A stretch of 60,077 nt of DNA, counting the filler, from Perkinsus olseni (taxonomy: Eukaryota): assembly GCA_013115125.1 (NCBI GenBank). It is 3 parts of 3 records of this genome, joined end to end, with 100 filler letters (N's around TTAATTAATTAA, not from the genome) between each part and the next. Parts side by side here need not be neighbours in the genome. Positions count along the whole stretch, not along the records: positions 20,101 to 40,051 come from JABANN010000589.1; positions 40,152 to 60,077 come from JABANN010000590.1; 1 more part is not named here. One strand, 5' to 3'. A program made the position numbers and the translations under genes. The notes beneath the pieces are model-generated. The model was not told where the DNA came from, did not search any database, and saw nothing but the letters and a program-made list of their open reading frames with translations. Of the stretch, positions 37,624 to 50,489 are shown piece by piece. Position 1 is the stretch's first letter. Each line of letters opens with the position of its first letter.

Positions 37624-38132
37624 GGTTACCGAGGTAGAGAGAGCGGAATCGGGTCGCAGTTGGTGCGGCAGTAAAGGACGAGACGCGAGAAAAGCGCGCG
37701 CCATTATAATCGATTACTGTGAGAAACCCCTCAACCCCGATCAGTATCCTTCTGTGATCGTCGACCTTCACCGCTTCGCACTAGCCCAGAGTAATCGACA
37801 CAGAAAGCTCACAGGGAAGCGTACTGATGGTATAGTAACCGTAGTCCGACCACCATAGCTCAAATCAAATTTTTGTGCGACCATGGAGCGCCTTAACAAC
37901 GCATTATCGTTCTTCACCGCTACTACGCTGGCTGGCTCAACTTCGAGCCAAACTCATTGGCAACGTCTACTTGCTACTAGGCGCTGCCACTCTGTACTGT
38001 GTGAGTTTCTAGTCTGACACTTACGCTACCAGCTGGATCTGGACAGGTCTCTGTAGCATTGACGTGCAGTGCGATCTGACCGTTTTTCAAGTATGTACTC
38101 TTAACCCTACTCGTATTAAACCTCTCTATTGA

Positions 38133-39618
38133 ATGCTTGGTGATCAGTTCTGCCATCCTCCCTTTTGCATGCCAGCTGATTTCTCTCTGCCCACAGTCCC
38201 TGTTACTGTCGTCTCGGGCTTCCTTGGCTCCGGCAAGACTACTCTCATTCAAAACCTACTTAAGAGTGGTAGGAAAATTGCAGTGGTTCAAAACGAGATG
38301 GGCTATGAATCGATGGGCATAGAGTCGCCGGTCCTGACCGATGGCGACGGTAACGTCATCGGAGACATCCTACTGGAGCTACCCGGAGGGTGCCTTTGCT
38401 GCACCATACGCGACGATCTGGTAACGGGCCTTGAGGCGATGCTGAAGAAAAGAAATTTCGACCAAATTGTTATTGAAACGTCCGGTGTGGCGGACCCTGT
38501 CAAAATGATAGAAATTCTGTGGCTCGATTCGGAGTTGGAAACGCCACTGAGATTGGATTCTACCGTGACTGTCGTTGACTCGAAGAACATCGCCAGTGTG
38601 CTGCATGGGAAGGGCCGGACGCTGGCTGAGGGGGGATCGTCGAGGGAAGCAGTTCGACAGATCTGCTGTGCTGATTTGGTTTTGTTGAATAAATGTGATA
38701 TTTGTGAGGGAGGTGAAATAGAAGTTGCGAAAGGAGTGGTATCAGCTACGAACCCTGACGCTACTGTCGAATTGACTGAGTTCAGCGGGCAGGGTGATCT
38801 GGAGAGGATCACCACGATGGTCCTTGATAGACAGGCGTATAGCGGCAACACAACAGCACGGTCGTTCGAGTTGAACGCAGCAGATTTACCACCGGCTGAC
38901 ACGCACGTACACGTTGACCACGTTGTTGTATATAGTAATACTCGACCGAGGAAAGCAGCGCTTGAACGATGGCTCGGAGCTGTGTTGTGGGGAAGAGAAG
39001 AAGGAAATGAGGTAATGGGAATTGGGAGAATTTTCCTATAAAATTGTGATAACTTACAGATCGAGACCCAATAGTTGCAAGGGAATTGATCTGGAATGGT
39101 TTCACATTTTGGTAGAAGCTGAAATAACGGCTATTATGGTAATGGGTGTCTTATTACTTCTCATCCCATTTTGTTGTTGAATTCCTCCTTGTGAGTTTTG
39201 GCTGCTGGTTTCTGAGGCGTTGCGGAATGGGATGAGAATCAGTGAGACAGTATCGAGACAGAATGAAGGACTCTTTTTCAGCGTCACTGTAGTTGTAGTA
39301 GTCATCATGAATTGCCGCGTTTCTTTCAAGGCGCACTTCCCGGTCAGGTATACCGGTTGAAAGGTTTGGTGGAGACATCCGATGAGGGTTGGTGTGCTAT
39401 CCAAGGCGTTGGGGAGATCTTCGAGGTCGTCGAACTGTCCATCCCTGTCGACCCTCAGACTCAGTCCAAGGTGGTATCAATACATGATGCTTGGTGCTGT
39501 TATTGGTGGTATCTTTTCTCAGATCCTTTTCGTCGGTACGGGGCCTCTAGATCGAGATGCACTACAGATGGGCCTCGATGGATGTGATGTTGAAGATGTT
39601 GAAGATGATGATGTTTGA
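38133..39618 (+). CDS. COG0523/CobW-family (CBWD/ZNG1-like) zinc metallochaperone GTPase
   Basis: PVTVVSGFLGSGKTT (Walker A), IAVVQNE, ELPGGCLCC (CxCC), IVIETSGVADP, LLNKCD, and CobW_C exons VYRLKGLV...IQGVGE...ILFVG. TGA at 39616-39618. Confidence 0.92.
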
Positions 39619-40051
39619 GAGTTTCATACGTAAATAGTAATTGAACAGGGCGCTTCTTGTGTTGATGCTAGTGGTGGAGGCGGCTGATGATACAGTGAGT
39701 CTCTAAGGTCCGAAGAGATGGGCTATCTTCCGATGCAAGCGCCGTTCTCAACGGTACAGATTTAACAACTTGATTAAAGGCGCTCATCCGGACGATCGGC
39801 TTGGTAGGGGCAGCAAGAGCCTCGCGTGATACTTCCCGACTGAACGCAACCGAGTAACGGAGATTAGCGATATGATGTGACTAGTAATCGCTAGCGATAA
39901 ACAACTTCGCTGGGTTAGGGGCGAGCGAGAATTACTGTGTCACGCGTCGCACTGCACGCGCACGCACACACCAGTACACCTCGTCAGAGTGGTGGCTCGA
40001 GAAATATACCGCGGAGTATCGGTGATGGAAGATGACATTGTGAGGAAGGTG

Positions 40052-40151
40052 NNNNNNNNNNNNNNNNNNNNNNNNNNNNNNNNNNNNNNNNNNNNTTAAT
40101 TAATTAANNNNNNNNNNNNNNNNNNNNNNNNNNNNNNNNNNNNNNNNNNNN
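40052..40151. other. Artificial contig linker N44-TTAATTAATTAA-N44
   Basis: Same spacer as 20001-20100. Confidence 0.97.
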
Positions 40152-40494
40152 GCGTACACAACACTTTCACCAACGGGAAACCTCGTTGGTCGGACCCAAG
40201 CGCCGCGAGTGAGAGGATTTAACACTTGGTTGTCGCCCCCGGACACGAATACGGCCCTGCCGTGTAGAGTGGCGAGGATTTGGTGCCCCCAAATCGTGCA
40301 TTCCCTAGGTTATAGGCCCAATGACTCCGGGGAGGAGAACGATTACTTGACGGAGAATGCCATCGGCCATGAACCCCGGGCACTCGAATTTGGTTACGCT
40401 GCGGGTTTCTTGATGTTTGGCGGCGTGGTCATTATGTAGCGCTTGCCATCGAGAGGGAGCCGGATCAATCCTCTGGGTTGTCACTTCTAAATTT

Positions 40495-40785
40495 ACTTCC
40501 TCAAGGAGCTCGTAAGCCGGGAGCAAGCTGGGTCCGGGCACACCTACACTCCTTACGCTCCTTGCGTAAGGTCCTCAAGGAGCGGCTCCTAAATGTTATA
40601 AGTAGCGGCTCCTTAGCCCCTTTCCTTAAGGACCTTACGTAAGGACCTTGAGGTCCTCACTCTAAGCAAGGAGGCTAAGGAGTCCTTAGTAAGGACCTTA
40701 CGCCCCTGAGTCTCCTCCTTTCTTAAGGGAGGAGGAGCTCCTACCTTAAGGAACCTACGGTCCTTCCTCGAGGAGAAGCTCTTAT
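40495..40785. repeat. Palindromic patch built from CCTTA/TAAGG/AGGAG motifs
   Basis: Dense overlapping palindromes: ccttaagg, taaggacctta, ccttacgtaagg, ctaagga-g-tccttag, gtcctta-g-taaggac, aggagctcct. Confidence 0.7.
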
Positions 40786-41211
40786 TTTATAGGGTCATTG
40801 TTCCCGCAATCTGTGCTAGCTGACCCGATGTGGGATCTGAAAGCGACACGAACCGGGGGGGGCTACTAGCCCCGGGCTAGAGCCTTCAAATGACACCATT
40901 CGCCCGTGTACACGCAATGAGCTGTTAAACTTCAGCCACTCAACTGAAGAAGCAGCACAAGTGTTGGGCGAGTCGTAGGAGAACTAACTCTAATAGGACC
41001 AGTCCGCGATTGACGAACATGATAGGGCGGGAAGAGCCAATATATGAGAAGGCCCTTCTCAGAAGAAACAACTAAGAGAATAGCTAACTAGCAAAGATCG
41101 ATGAACTTCATACGCGTACGCATATGCATTGGCGCCGCGCCGAACCTGAACGGCTCTACTAACAACTCTAACAATCTCGAGACTGGCTTACCTGCAAGTC
41201 TGAGGGTCTAC

Positions 41212-41724
41212 ATGCGTTACGCTACTCTACCTCTCTGTTTGGCTGCTGTGGCGGAGCTCGTCCAAGGGCTGTCTGCATGCCCTACAGGAGATGCTCAGTG
41301 CCAGGTCGACGACCCGTTGTCGTACTGCAAGTACTACCTAAGTGCGCCCGTCTGTAAGGGCAGTAATAAGTCATGCTCGTGTATCACTCCGCCCCCTCCA
41401 TGTCCCGAGGGTGATGCTTACTGTCAGCAGGTTACCGGCGATCCAGCTTCTTACTGCAAGGCTGTCTGGCAGTTCGGGCCTGGAGGGGGCGTCTGTCAAG
41501 GGTCTGACGATACTTGTACTTGCGGTGGGTCTTCTACTACTCCCGAGCCAACTACCGGCGAGACTACCACCCCTGAGCCAACTACCAGCGAGACTACTCC
41601 CCCTGGGCCAACCACCCCTGGGCCAACTACCAGCGAGACTACTCCCCCTGGGCCAACTACCAGCGAGACTACTCCCCCTGGGCCAACCACCAGCGAGACT
41701 ACCTACCCTGGGCCTACTTCTTGA
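41212..41724 (+). CDS. Secreted protein with two 6-Cys repeats and a mucin-like Thr/Pro tail
   Basis: Signal peptide MRYATLPLCLAAVAELVQG; two repeats of C..GDA.CQ...SYCK....VC.GS..C.C; a tail of 30-bp units encoding PTTSETTPPG (about 41548-41715). Confidence 0.85.
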   Translation: MRYATLPLCLAAVAELVQGLSACPTGDAQCQVDDPLSYCKYYLSAPVCKGSNKSCSCITPPPPCPEGDAYCQQVTGDPASYCKAVWQFGPGGGVCQGSDDTCTCGGSSTTPEPTTGETTTPEPTTSETTPPGPTTPGPTTSETTPPGPTTSETTPPGPTTSETTYPGPTS

Positions 41725-42533
41725 GAGACGACTTCGTCGATTACCACGACATCCGCTTGACAATTCTGCCATATTCACGATGGAGTGCACGAGCTGCCCT
41801 CGTAAGCAGTCCTTATAAGTGTGCCTTTACCATTGTTAAAGACCGGCTGTGCTAGGTTCGAATTGAACCGCGTAACATGTCAGGCAATTTGCCTGTTGTA
41901 AAGTATTGTCACGCAGCATGAGGTCAATGACGCTCAACATTTTCAGCTCACTCTCTTTTCATAGATATACAATCGGAGTTGTATATGACGCAGGGTAAAT
42001 CGTTCATAGTGGCTTCGACCTCCCAGCCCAACTCATCTTGCGTTTAACGTCATATTGAAGCGTTGCCGGTGGGCGCCGCAGCCGTGGGTTCAAGAGTCCT
42101 CACCATTCTCCAGTGTGGCTTCCTCCATATTTCTCGCTGTGATACTGCGTTATGCCACAGATCGACGAGTGGTCTAAGCATATGGTCACTGGTCATGCGG
42201 CCCTTATGACTAGTCCTATCATACGACTCGTATGCGTACAGCAGTTGTGCAGTCTATTCTTTCGTAGCGTACAACAAGCGTTGCACGTGAGGTGAGACAC
42301 TTACTCTTACCCTTCGTGGCCTACCGCACTGGCAACGCTATGCCACAGGGAAAATGTTAAACTTCTCCAGTGCCGCCGCAACAGGAAGCAAGCGAGTTAC
42401 CCTTCCACTCGCTCATGGTACAGCTTACGGTCAATGCTCCCAACCAATGAACATGACAGTTTGAAATGCTCAAGAAAATGAGGAGTCACACCGGCATGCT
42501 AACCGTCGCTTTCTGCATTCAGCCGAAGCCAAG

Positions 42534-45500
42534 CTAACCTCCACGACAGATAACCCCTGCAGCTCAGTTGAGTAACGTCGGATAAGCTCAACCTACCGAC
42601 GAGAGTAGCAGCGTCCCTGTCCTTGAGTGCCCTCTTGCATCCAGCGACCACCGCGGCCTGGGCTCTCCCGACCCGCAGATTCGCACCTACTCGGTTCGCA
42701 AAGCAGCGCAGGTACTAACAAGCGTACCGCGATTAATCCAGAGGTTCAGTTCCCTGAGCGCTTCGAGAAGCATTCCGTGGTTCCCACGCCGTTTGCTATA
42801 ACTAAGAGGGTCAACATGCCAAGGTCGCAACGGAGGGACTTCTACTCAGCGATCATCCCTCGACTGATACGATGCACATTGACAAGCGCTTGTCTCAGTT
42901 TTCTCGAGTAATCACAAAGCCTGAGATCTTCCATCCTCACAAGCAACTCTTTCCTGAGGAACACCCTGAGCCTTGCCCGGCCGAAGGTTGATGAACCTAC
43001 ACTGCGCGGGCAGATTCCGCCATGTCCGCCATCAACTTTTGTCGGAGATCGTCATACTCATCAACTAGCAGCATGGCCTGTTCGACCTCTGCCGTGGCCC
43101 TAGGGAAACTGGGAGCCGAACCTCCCCGAGCCACCCAGCGGGTCCGACCTACCTGCAGGAGGCCTCCAATTCCGTTACTTTGAGGAAGCAGCAAAGATGT
43201 TGTATCTGCGTCCGAGGAGCCTTCCGGTTCACGCGATACCTAGGATGTTTCCTACCACGTCAGCTGCCAGCTGCATGCAATCGGTGGTTATACTAACCGA
43301 CCCATCAACCTTCATAGCGATCTCCAAGCCCAACGCCTCTTCATCTGCAGACCTGGCCCTGACCAACTACTGAGCGTCACAACAACCGCAAAGGGCTTCA
43401 CTTCCGGCAGGACACGAATGCAACTTTCAAGAACTCTCCGGATCCCTCCTTGAGAGTCTTCGGCCAGTCGGCCATGAGGAAGCTTTCGCGAATCTGCGAA
43501 GGGCTCGGGCGAAGAATGTCGATCAGTCACTACCCAGAGTTGAACCTTCTCAATCCTCTCGGTTATCCTGAAGCTCGCGCTCCTACGGGAGGACAGATGA
43601 GAGCCCGACTTCAGCGCTGAGGTCACCCCGTTGGTGCGGTGCCGCCATGCTCCTCCAGACTCGAACCAACATACCGGTACATGGCGAATCGAGGTAGCTT
43701 GATCTGAGCCTCGAGGACGGTATGCTCCCGGCCTGAGACGCCGCCCTCTCTCCCCGTCCTAGATCTGTCCCCCAGCTCACTAGCCTTGGTGACGCCGGTA
43801 ATGCATTCGACTGTCAACGTCGTTTCCACATCTCTAGGGATTGGTAGTTCGACCTGCTCAGCAGTAGTCCTCGTCGAAGGGCATTCTACTAGTGCTGTGC
43901 TCTAGAGTCAGATTTCGCGACTCGCACCATTTCGAAGCATGAGAGTAGTACGCCACGAAACTGTACGAGATTTGTCTTGGCCACCACTTAGCCAAGTTCA
44001 ACCGGGATACGGCCTCTTAGGCCGTAGGACTACGAGGTCAATAGAGAGTATCGTTGCGTCAGAGAGGGAAAGATAAGGATATTAAATTCAAACCGAGGAG
44101 ATCCAAACGCACCTCGAGCTGTTTAGCCGGGGGCTGCGGGCTCACAACGTGCCCATCTGCACCGTAGAGGCCCTCGGCGGTAACGACAACCTCGAGCACC
44201 AAGGGTGATATTGATCGCCTGCCGTGGTCTTTACTTTTTGAATGACACCCGTTGGGACAGCGAGTCGGAGGGCTACTCCCTTGGCTGAGTCAACGACCAG
44301 GTCCGCGGCGAGGATGCCAACATCAGGCCCGGAGGCGTCTTTCTTGATCGTCGTTTCATCGAGGACCTCGAGAGGGCTAAGTTATTATCAGTGGAAATCA
44401 GCGGCTTATCACCGGGAGGTCGTCGACTGGCGCTTCCGAACTCAGCTGTTCCGTAGTATTAGAATCCGCTGGTTCGCTTCTGAAAATCTGTAACGATTCT
44501 TGCTCCGGCGTCTCTGAAAATCGCCATGCGTGTGAGTAGTCCATGGCGGCACGCACCCTCTCTTGACTGAGGCATCCAAGCGTGCACGCGACCCTGAGAT
44601 ATCCATCTGCAGCCAGACATGCCACAAAGACGCTACCTCGATGTCTATCGTCATCAACACCGGCACAGGGCAGCCAATGTAGTCCATGGTCACCACGCCG
44701 GCGAGCGGGTCCGGCCCTACTCGGCTCTTGAAGATGACCTGCGTGTCATCGAGAGCGCTGGGCTAGGTCCCATGGCCATCAACCTGTCCGTTGCTTTGTT
44801 CTCTGATCTCTACTAGCCCGTTCATCCAACCGATGGCGAGCTCCATGCGACTTCGATTATTCTCCTCAGTTTGAGGAGAGAAGGCCAGCAAACATGAAGG
44901 GGCGTGACGTGACCGAACCCGCCATAACTGAGGTAGGATCAATTCTTCGACACAGACGATGGAGACCCAACTACACGCTTAGCTCCCTCATACACCCCTA
45001 CTGTTCCATTTGCCAAACCGTATCCGAACCTGTTCGAGTACTTGCTTGGAATAAAACTTGGAAAGCACCACCTTCTACCGGTTTCGATGGTCCAAGGAAA
45101 CGAGGTGGCACACCGCGTCTGCCTCCGTGATGTCAGCGACGACTTCAGCCTCTCTTGCTAGCATACGTATCTTACGGGAGCCGTGCAACCTGAGCTTTTT
45201 CCGGGACGGTTCACCTGGTAGTCATCCGTGCCGCAGATAAGCACTGATGTGGCGAAGTGATGCTGTTGCTGGTCCTCTGTCGGAGGCTTCAACGACTCTA
45301 GAGCCATTACGCGATCTCCGGTGATCGTCCAGAATACTTCACCCCCTCCTCTATCGAAGCCCTAAGAACTGCCTTCCACAGGATGGCAGCCACAAAGTCC
45401 TGCAATACTCTAATATTGCAGTCGCCGCCTGCTAGGACCACCGACCCTCCGCCCTCGACGGCTGAGGACCCTGGAAGGGCGTCGGCGATCGATAGTGCTG

Positions 45501-46334
45501 AGACACCGTCCGGCATATCTCTGTAGAAAACGTCGCTGTTACGCTCGACCTGACGAGGCAATGGTTTGGTGACTTGGGTTGGCCAGACTGACGTCGTAAG
45601 CAGACAAGCTGCTGGATGTAGCAATACAGAGGAGGTCAGGTCCAGATTCGCCTTCGCTTCTCATCCAAGTCGCTAGGGCGGTAATCTACCGAGCATGGTG
45701 TCCACTAGGGAATCTCTTTTTCCTGATGGACCTTCTTGTTCACGTTGAGCTGAACAACCTTCCTCTCGCCAGCGGAGGTCGGAGTAACAATCAATACCTG
45801 GTCACAGGGTGGGAGGACGATTCCCGTGATGATGAATGGACGACCAAAGAGGGTGGGGCGACCAATTCTATTCGAGTGTAAATCGTGAGTGTGAATCAGT
45901 TCGAAGTCCAACGTCGTCACCGGCATGATTTTGATATACCAGCAGCTCAGCGATGAGCTCTGTGCTGTGCTATTCAGTCAGCTGCCGAATGCTGCCGTAA
46001 CCAGCGAAAAGAACAGACCATCATCTCATTCCCCGGGTCATTAATGGTCTCACTAGATGCTACTTTGCCCTCAGCAGTGCCCAATGCCAGGCTTGTCGCG
46101 AACTTCCCCTGCTCCTCCTCGTCCGAGGTGAACCTTCCAACGGTCGCCAAGCCCCGTACTATTGAATGGTCTCCGTCGACCGTGAAATTAATGGCACGTT
46201 CGAAGTGCAGCTGTTCGGTTGCCATGGGCAGGGCTAGACTCTGTTCCGACGTTACTATCGCACTTTACCAACACAACACAGTAGTGCTTTTGAGTACCCG
46301 ATTGAATACTTGAACTCTCACTGGTCTCGGGCAT
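42534..46334 (-). CDS. BBS2: Bardet-Biedl syndrome 2 protein (BBSome subunit), multi-exon
   Basis: LATVGRF..SLALGTAEGKV, NSDVFYRDMPDGVSAL, VLAGGDCNIR..GGEVFWTITGDRVMAL, VVADITEADAV...FGYGLANG, LVDEYDDLRQKLMADMAE and LRVGRAQAAVVAGCKRAL follow the order of conserved BBS2 blocks as I recall them. The start is approximate. Confidence 0.85.
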
Positions 46335-46759
46335 GATTGAGAAAGATAGACGATACAAGTAAGAATCTATACACTTTTCTCTACTACCATAGCCAAGAGA
46401 AGACACGCACAGTCAGTGGCCACACAGTCCCGGTAGCGATCACTTTGAGAGACACTCAGTACTACTACACCCTTCCAGGTGAAGGTGATTGACAACTCGA
46501 CCTCGGCGATGAGACCACGGGGGAAGCTGGTTGCAGTATCGGAAATCGGGATGACCGTTGGCCAGGGTAATAGTCAATCACAGAGGAGAAGGACAGTTGG
46601 CGGGAATGTTAACTTGAATAATAATTCTTGGACGGACGGACAATCATCATCACAATGTACGAGATATCGCGGCAAGGAATAGAACCCGCAACCTTCGACG
46701 TCATAGCGGGAACACAGCACTACTGCGCCACCACATCGGCCGACGATAGAAGAGCGCAT

Positions 46760-48021
46760 TCAGAGCCTGGACCCATGGCTGACCATGCCCGGCATCGCTG
46801 TCTCGTCAACTGGCTGGTTCACAGACGAAGAAGCACTTGCGCTGGTGGAGGCAGACGAGGCGTCTTCGGGACCGTTGGGTGTCGGCCAATATTCACGATA
46901 AGCAAGATGGGAACCGACCAGACGAGTCGTCAACCAGGGGTAGTAATCTTCGTCGACTCCTCCTCCCAGATACGCTGGCAACTCGCTTGGCTCACCTGAT
47001 TCAGGCACTCAGACAATGTAACGACCCAGGTTCAATCCCCGGCGAGGACAACTTACACACGCCCGCACACCATTCAACATCTCCATCATGTGTTGTATTG
47101 ACAAAGGTCACAACCTCCGTCAACGACGAGGGCAGGAGAGGCGACACCGCCGCCCACGCCGCCCGGAAGATGAAGGGCGCATCCACGAACATGACTCGAC
47201 TGATGTGGGAGATGTGACCCAAGCCGACGGCCCTGAGCACAGCAACAGCCACGAGAACTGAGCGCGGGTTGCCGACGCCTGACCACCTACAGTGCCCCCT
47301 TCTTGATATCCCCTACATTCAAGGTGATGTTCTTAAGACCAATACCAGCGAAGTCATACACCAGACACACGCCGAGACGGACCGATGCAGGGTCGGCCAA
47401 GGCCGCGTCAAGCGCCATCCAGGTGGACTTGATGCCTGAAACAAAACCTTCGCTGTGCGCACCGGGGGAAGATACTTACCACAGAGTATCGGTATCGCTG
47501 AGGGTGCCATAAACCTCATCCTAACCCATCCCATCGGCCGACCGTCGAGATCTCGTCCAGCCTTGACACTGAAACCTGCCGAAAAAGGATAGAGACGAGG
47601 AGAGTAGCGGAAATATTTTCAGCTCACCCGCGCTGAAGTTACGTTGGATCTCGGATTCCGGTATCTCTCGGATTGGTAGTTTCTTGAGAAGATCTTCATG
47701 ACGCCATGCCTGAGTTAGAAAGATGCTGGGTTCGAACCCACGACCAAGGCCATGCAATCCGAGCACCGTAACGAGCCGAACAAATGCTCCCTTAAACGAG
47801 CAGTGCTTACCAAAGCCTCGGCCTTGTTCACATCTAGATTACGCGCCCAAGCCAACTTGAGCCAGTCGTGCGTGACATACCTACGAGCACCCAGGTTCGA
47901 ACCCCACCCGCTCCATCCGAACCCACCTCCTGGTGAACTCTAGATTCTTGAGCCTCTCTCTCAGCTCACGTACGCACATAAGCTCGTCGGGTGTGAGGTC
48001 ATTATCGTCCTTACAGAGCAT
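46760..48021 (-). CDS. CRAL-TRIO (Sec14-like) lipid-binding protein, 7 exons
   Basis: WLKLAWARNLDVNKAEAL, GRDLDGRPMGWVR, VCLVYDFAGIGLKN, ISRVMFVDAPFIFRAAWAAVSPLLPSSLTEVVTFV, ELPAYLGG. Confidence 0.88.
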
Positions 48022-48998
48022 TGGTACCTTAGACACAAATTCGACCTGCGGAGCTCGATGATGATGGTGGCAGCACCTCGATACTCGGCATCACTTCGCC
48101 GTTCTCCATACGTTCCAACAGAGGTTCATTCAGGTCAGACCTGGCGAGAGGTCCCCAGTTCGATCCCTGGTCACGACATTTTTACCTACCCTGTAGATAC
48201 TGTATAAAAGCTCTGCATCGAATCCACTCTTCCTCTGCGCGGAGTCATAGCCGGACTGTTACGCTTGGAAGACGCCGCAGCGGCCATCATGGCGTCGCTC
48301 TGAGCTCTCCACCTAACACACCCGACCCTCCATTGTCGTCACGCGCCACGAAATGTTGGCATCACTTCGCCCTTGCCGCTCGCAATGTACTAGACTCCCT
48401 CCTCTGTTTCTTAATGCCCTTCGTCTTCTTCAAGTAGTTACACAAGAGCCAACCCATGTACATCGCGAAGGCGCACAACACCGCCGTATGCACCTGAGGA
48501 GAGCACCCGATGCAGTTCTATGCGGTCTCCTCAGATGCTCTCCTGTAACGTCGAGCAATTACGCACTTCTCTCTACTTAAAGGACGATTCCGGCTTGCAG
48601 ACCAATATACAACAACGCGCACCCCTCGAGTTTCTCTAGATCTCCTCCATGCAGAAGATGCTAGTTAACGCAGAGTCGCGGACTCTCTTTAAAATTTCCA
48701 TCTGCTGGTATACATAAATTGGTCAGGAGATTTAACCACTGTACGATCACATGAGATGGTATTACTATATATTAGTGAAGACCCCCGATTAAAATATGCG
48801 GAATTTTTCACCCGAACGATTATGTCCGTATTATTATCACCTTATACTCCAACGTGTAACCGTCATACTCCAGGAACGGCTGGCAGCTGTATAAGGCGCT
48901 TGATGACTCTGCAGGCTTGCCCTTGCATGAGAAGTCCGCCAAGAGCTCCAACAGGATTAATGGCGCATACCTGATGCACCGCTATGGTCATCGATACC

Positions 48999-49063
48999 GG
49001 TCTGATAGCGTAATGGTTAGTGCGTTGGTTTACGCAGGCGAACACCCCGGTTCTAATCCCCCT
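48999..49063 (+). pseudogene. Degenerate tRNA (Val-like) with A box and damaged B box
   Basis: GGTCTGATAGCGTAATGGTTAGTGCG...TTTACGC...ACCCCGGTTCTAATCCCC. The D-arm pairs but the anticodon and acceptor stems do not. Confidence 0.55.
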
Positions 49064-50489
49064 ATTATTACAATAAATAAAGCACGCATGCCGTTATTGT
49101 TGCAGCTTTGCTCTCCTGCATTTCCCACGCTAATAATGCGAAGCTTGCACAGCAGATGAGGATTGACCGGAGCAGATACCTGCACGATTATGGGAAGTTA
49201 TGGTATGCACACATACACGTGACAGTAATACATGGAAGAGGGTGATACATAGTACATCTCCTGAGCTTTACCATCAGTAATCAACGACACCACTGAGTCG
49301 AAAACTCCGACCATACCGACCACCTGAACGAAGGGCTCCATCCGGCACGCTAACGCCCCCGGGATATGTACTCGTCCAGCGGAAAATGACGCGGGGAATT
49401 ATGACCAATAATAACAACCTCGATGACCACTGTACATCCGAACGCGATATTGGACGGTCAGAGAATGGCCAGCGAAGATGATAGAACACTGAGTTCAGCC
49501 CGGTCTTTACTACCAGCCAGATGAAGGAGTAGGTCCGTATAGAATGAGTAAGGCGATTGATGTCCATGCTTCGTTGGAACTCGGCATGGGTTGCTGCCGG
49601 TGGTCGAGCATCGGCTCGGTACTCCGCCGGAGTGAAGCCTTCGTTGGGGAAGTACATTAAAACAGCAACCGCGGGTACTACAAACTACAGGATACTATCT
49701 CTTCTCGCGAATACTGAACTCGACAGTCTGCTTAGCGGAAACGAAAGCTTATCCGTGAAGCGTGATAGACTACTCAGCGGCAGTAAACCATGGAGGAAAA
49801 CAACAGGCAGGGGCCAACCGATTGTAGAGAACAGAATGAATCCAAGATCGCTGTGGCGCCAATAATCACGGAGTCAAGCCCAATTGATCCCTGCGATGCT
49901 TCTCCGTAAAAAGGAGGGGACCATTCTCACAAAAACACGAAGCATCACCGCGGGAAAAGTAGGGCATCCTCCACAGCGTCGAACTTCCTCTCATGGTAGA
50001 GACGCAAATCCACCAGTCCTCCCTGCGGACCCTGGATCCAGCGAACTATGTCGCTGCACGAGAGGCGCCCGTTCCCAACATCACTCCTAAGGTAGATACC
50101 GATTCGAAGGCTGTCCTCATCGCCCGCAACTCAGACTCTCTCAAAGACATTCTCTTCGACCAGCATATCACTCAACCCGATGCGCTGGCCTCGGTCCAGA
50201 CAGGCCGATTAAAGTCTGTTTTCTGATGAAAAAGTAGGAAATGCGAGGAATGATATCTCGGCCGCCCTAATTGCAAATATAAAAACCCGGAACCAGTCCC
50301 GTGTAAAGGACCAGTAGTGTTGGCCGACCTCCAAAACCATCCTCAATAGGGTGAAATGCAGAAACCTAAGGAAAAAGATTTTAATCTCCTCAATAGACCA
50401 CTTGAGGCATGGAGGAAATCCAAGATACTATAAGAAAGCAAGAGTGTAGTTCGCCCTGCACTGGGCCGCAACCATCATCACCAGTATTC

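Noticed and set aside
41548-41715. Regular 30-bp repeats as a possible CRISPR array
   Set aside because: There are no unique spacers, and the repeats are in-frame coding units (PTTSETTPPG) in a eukaryotic gene.
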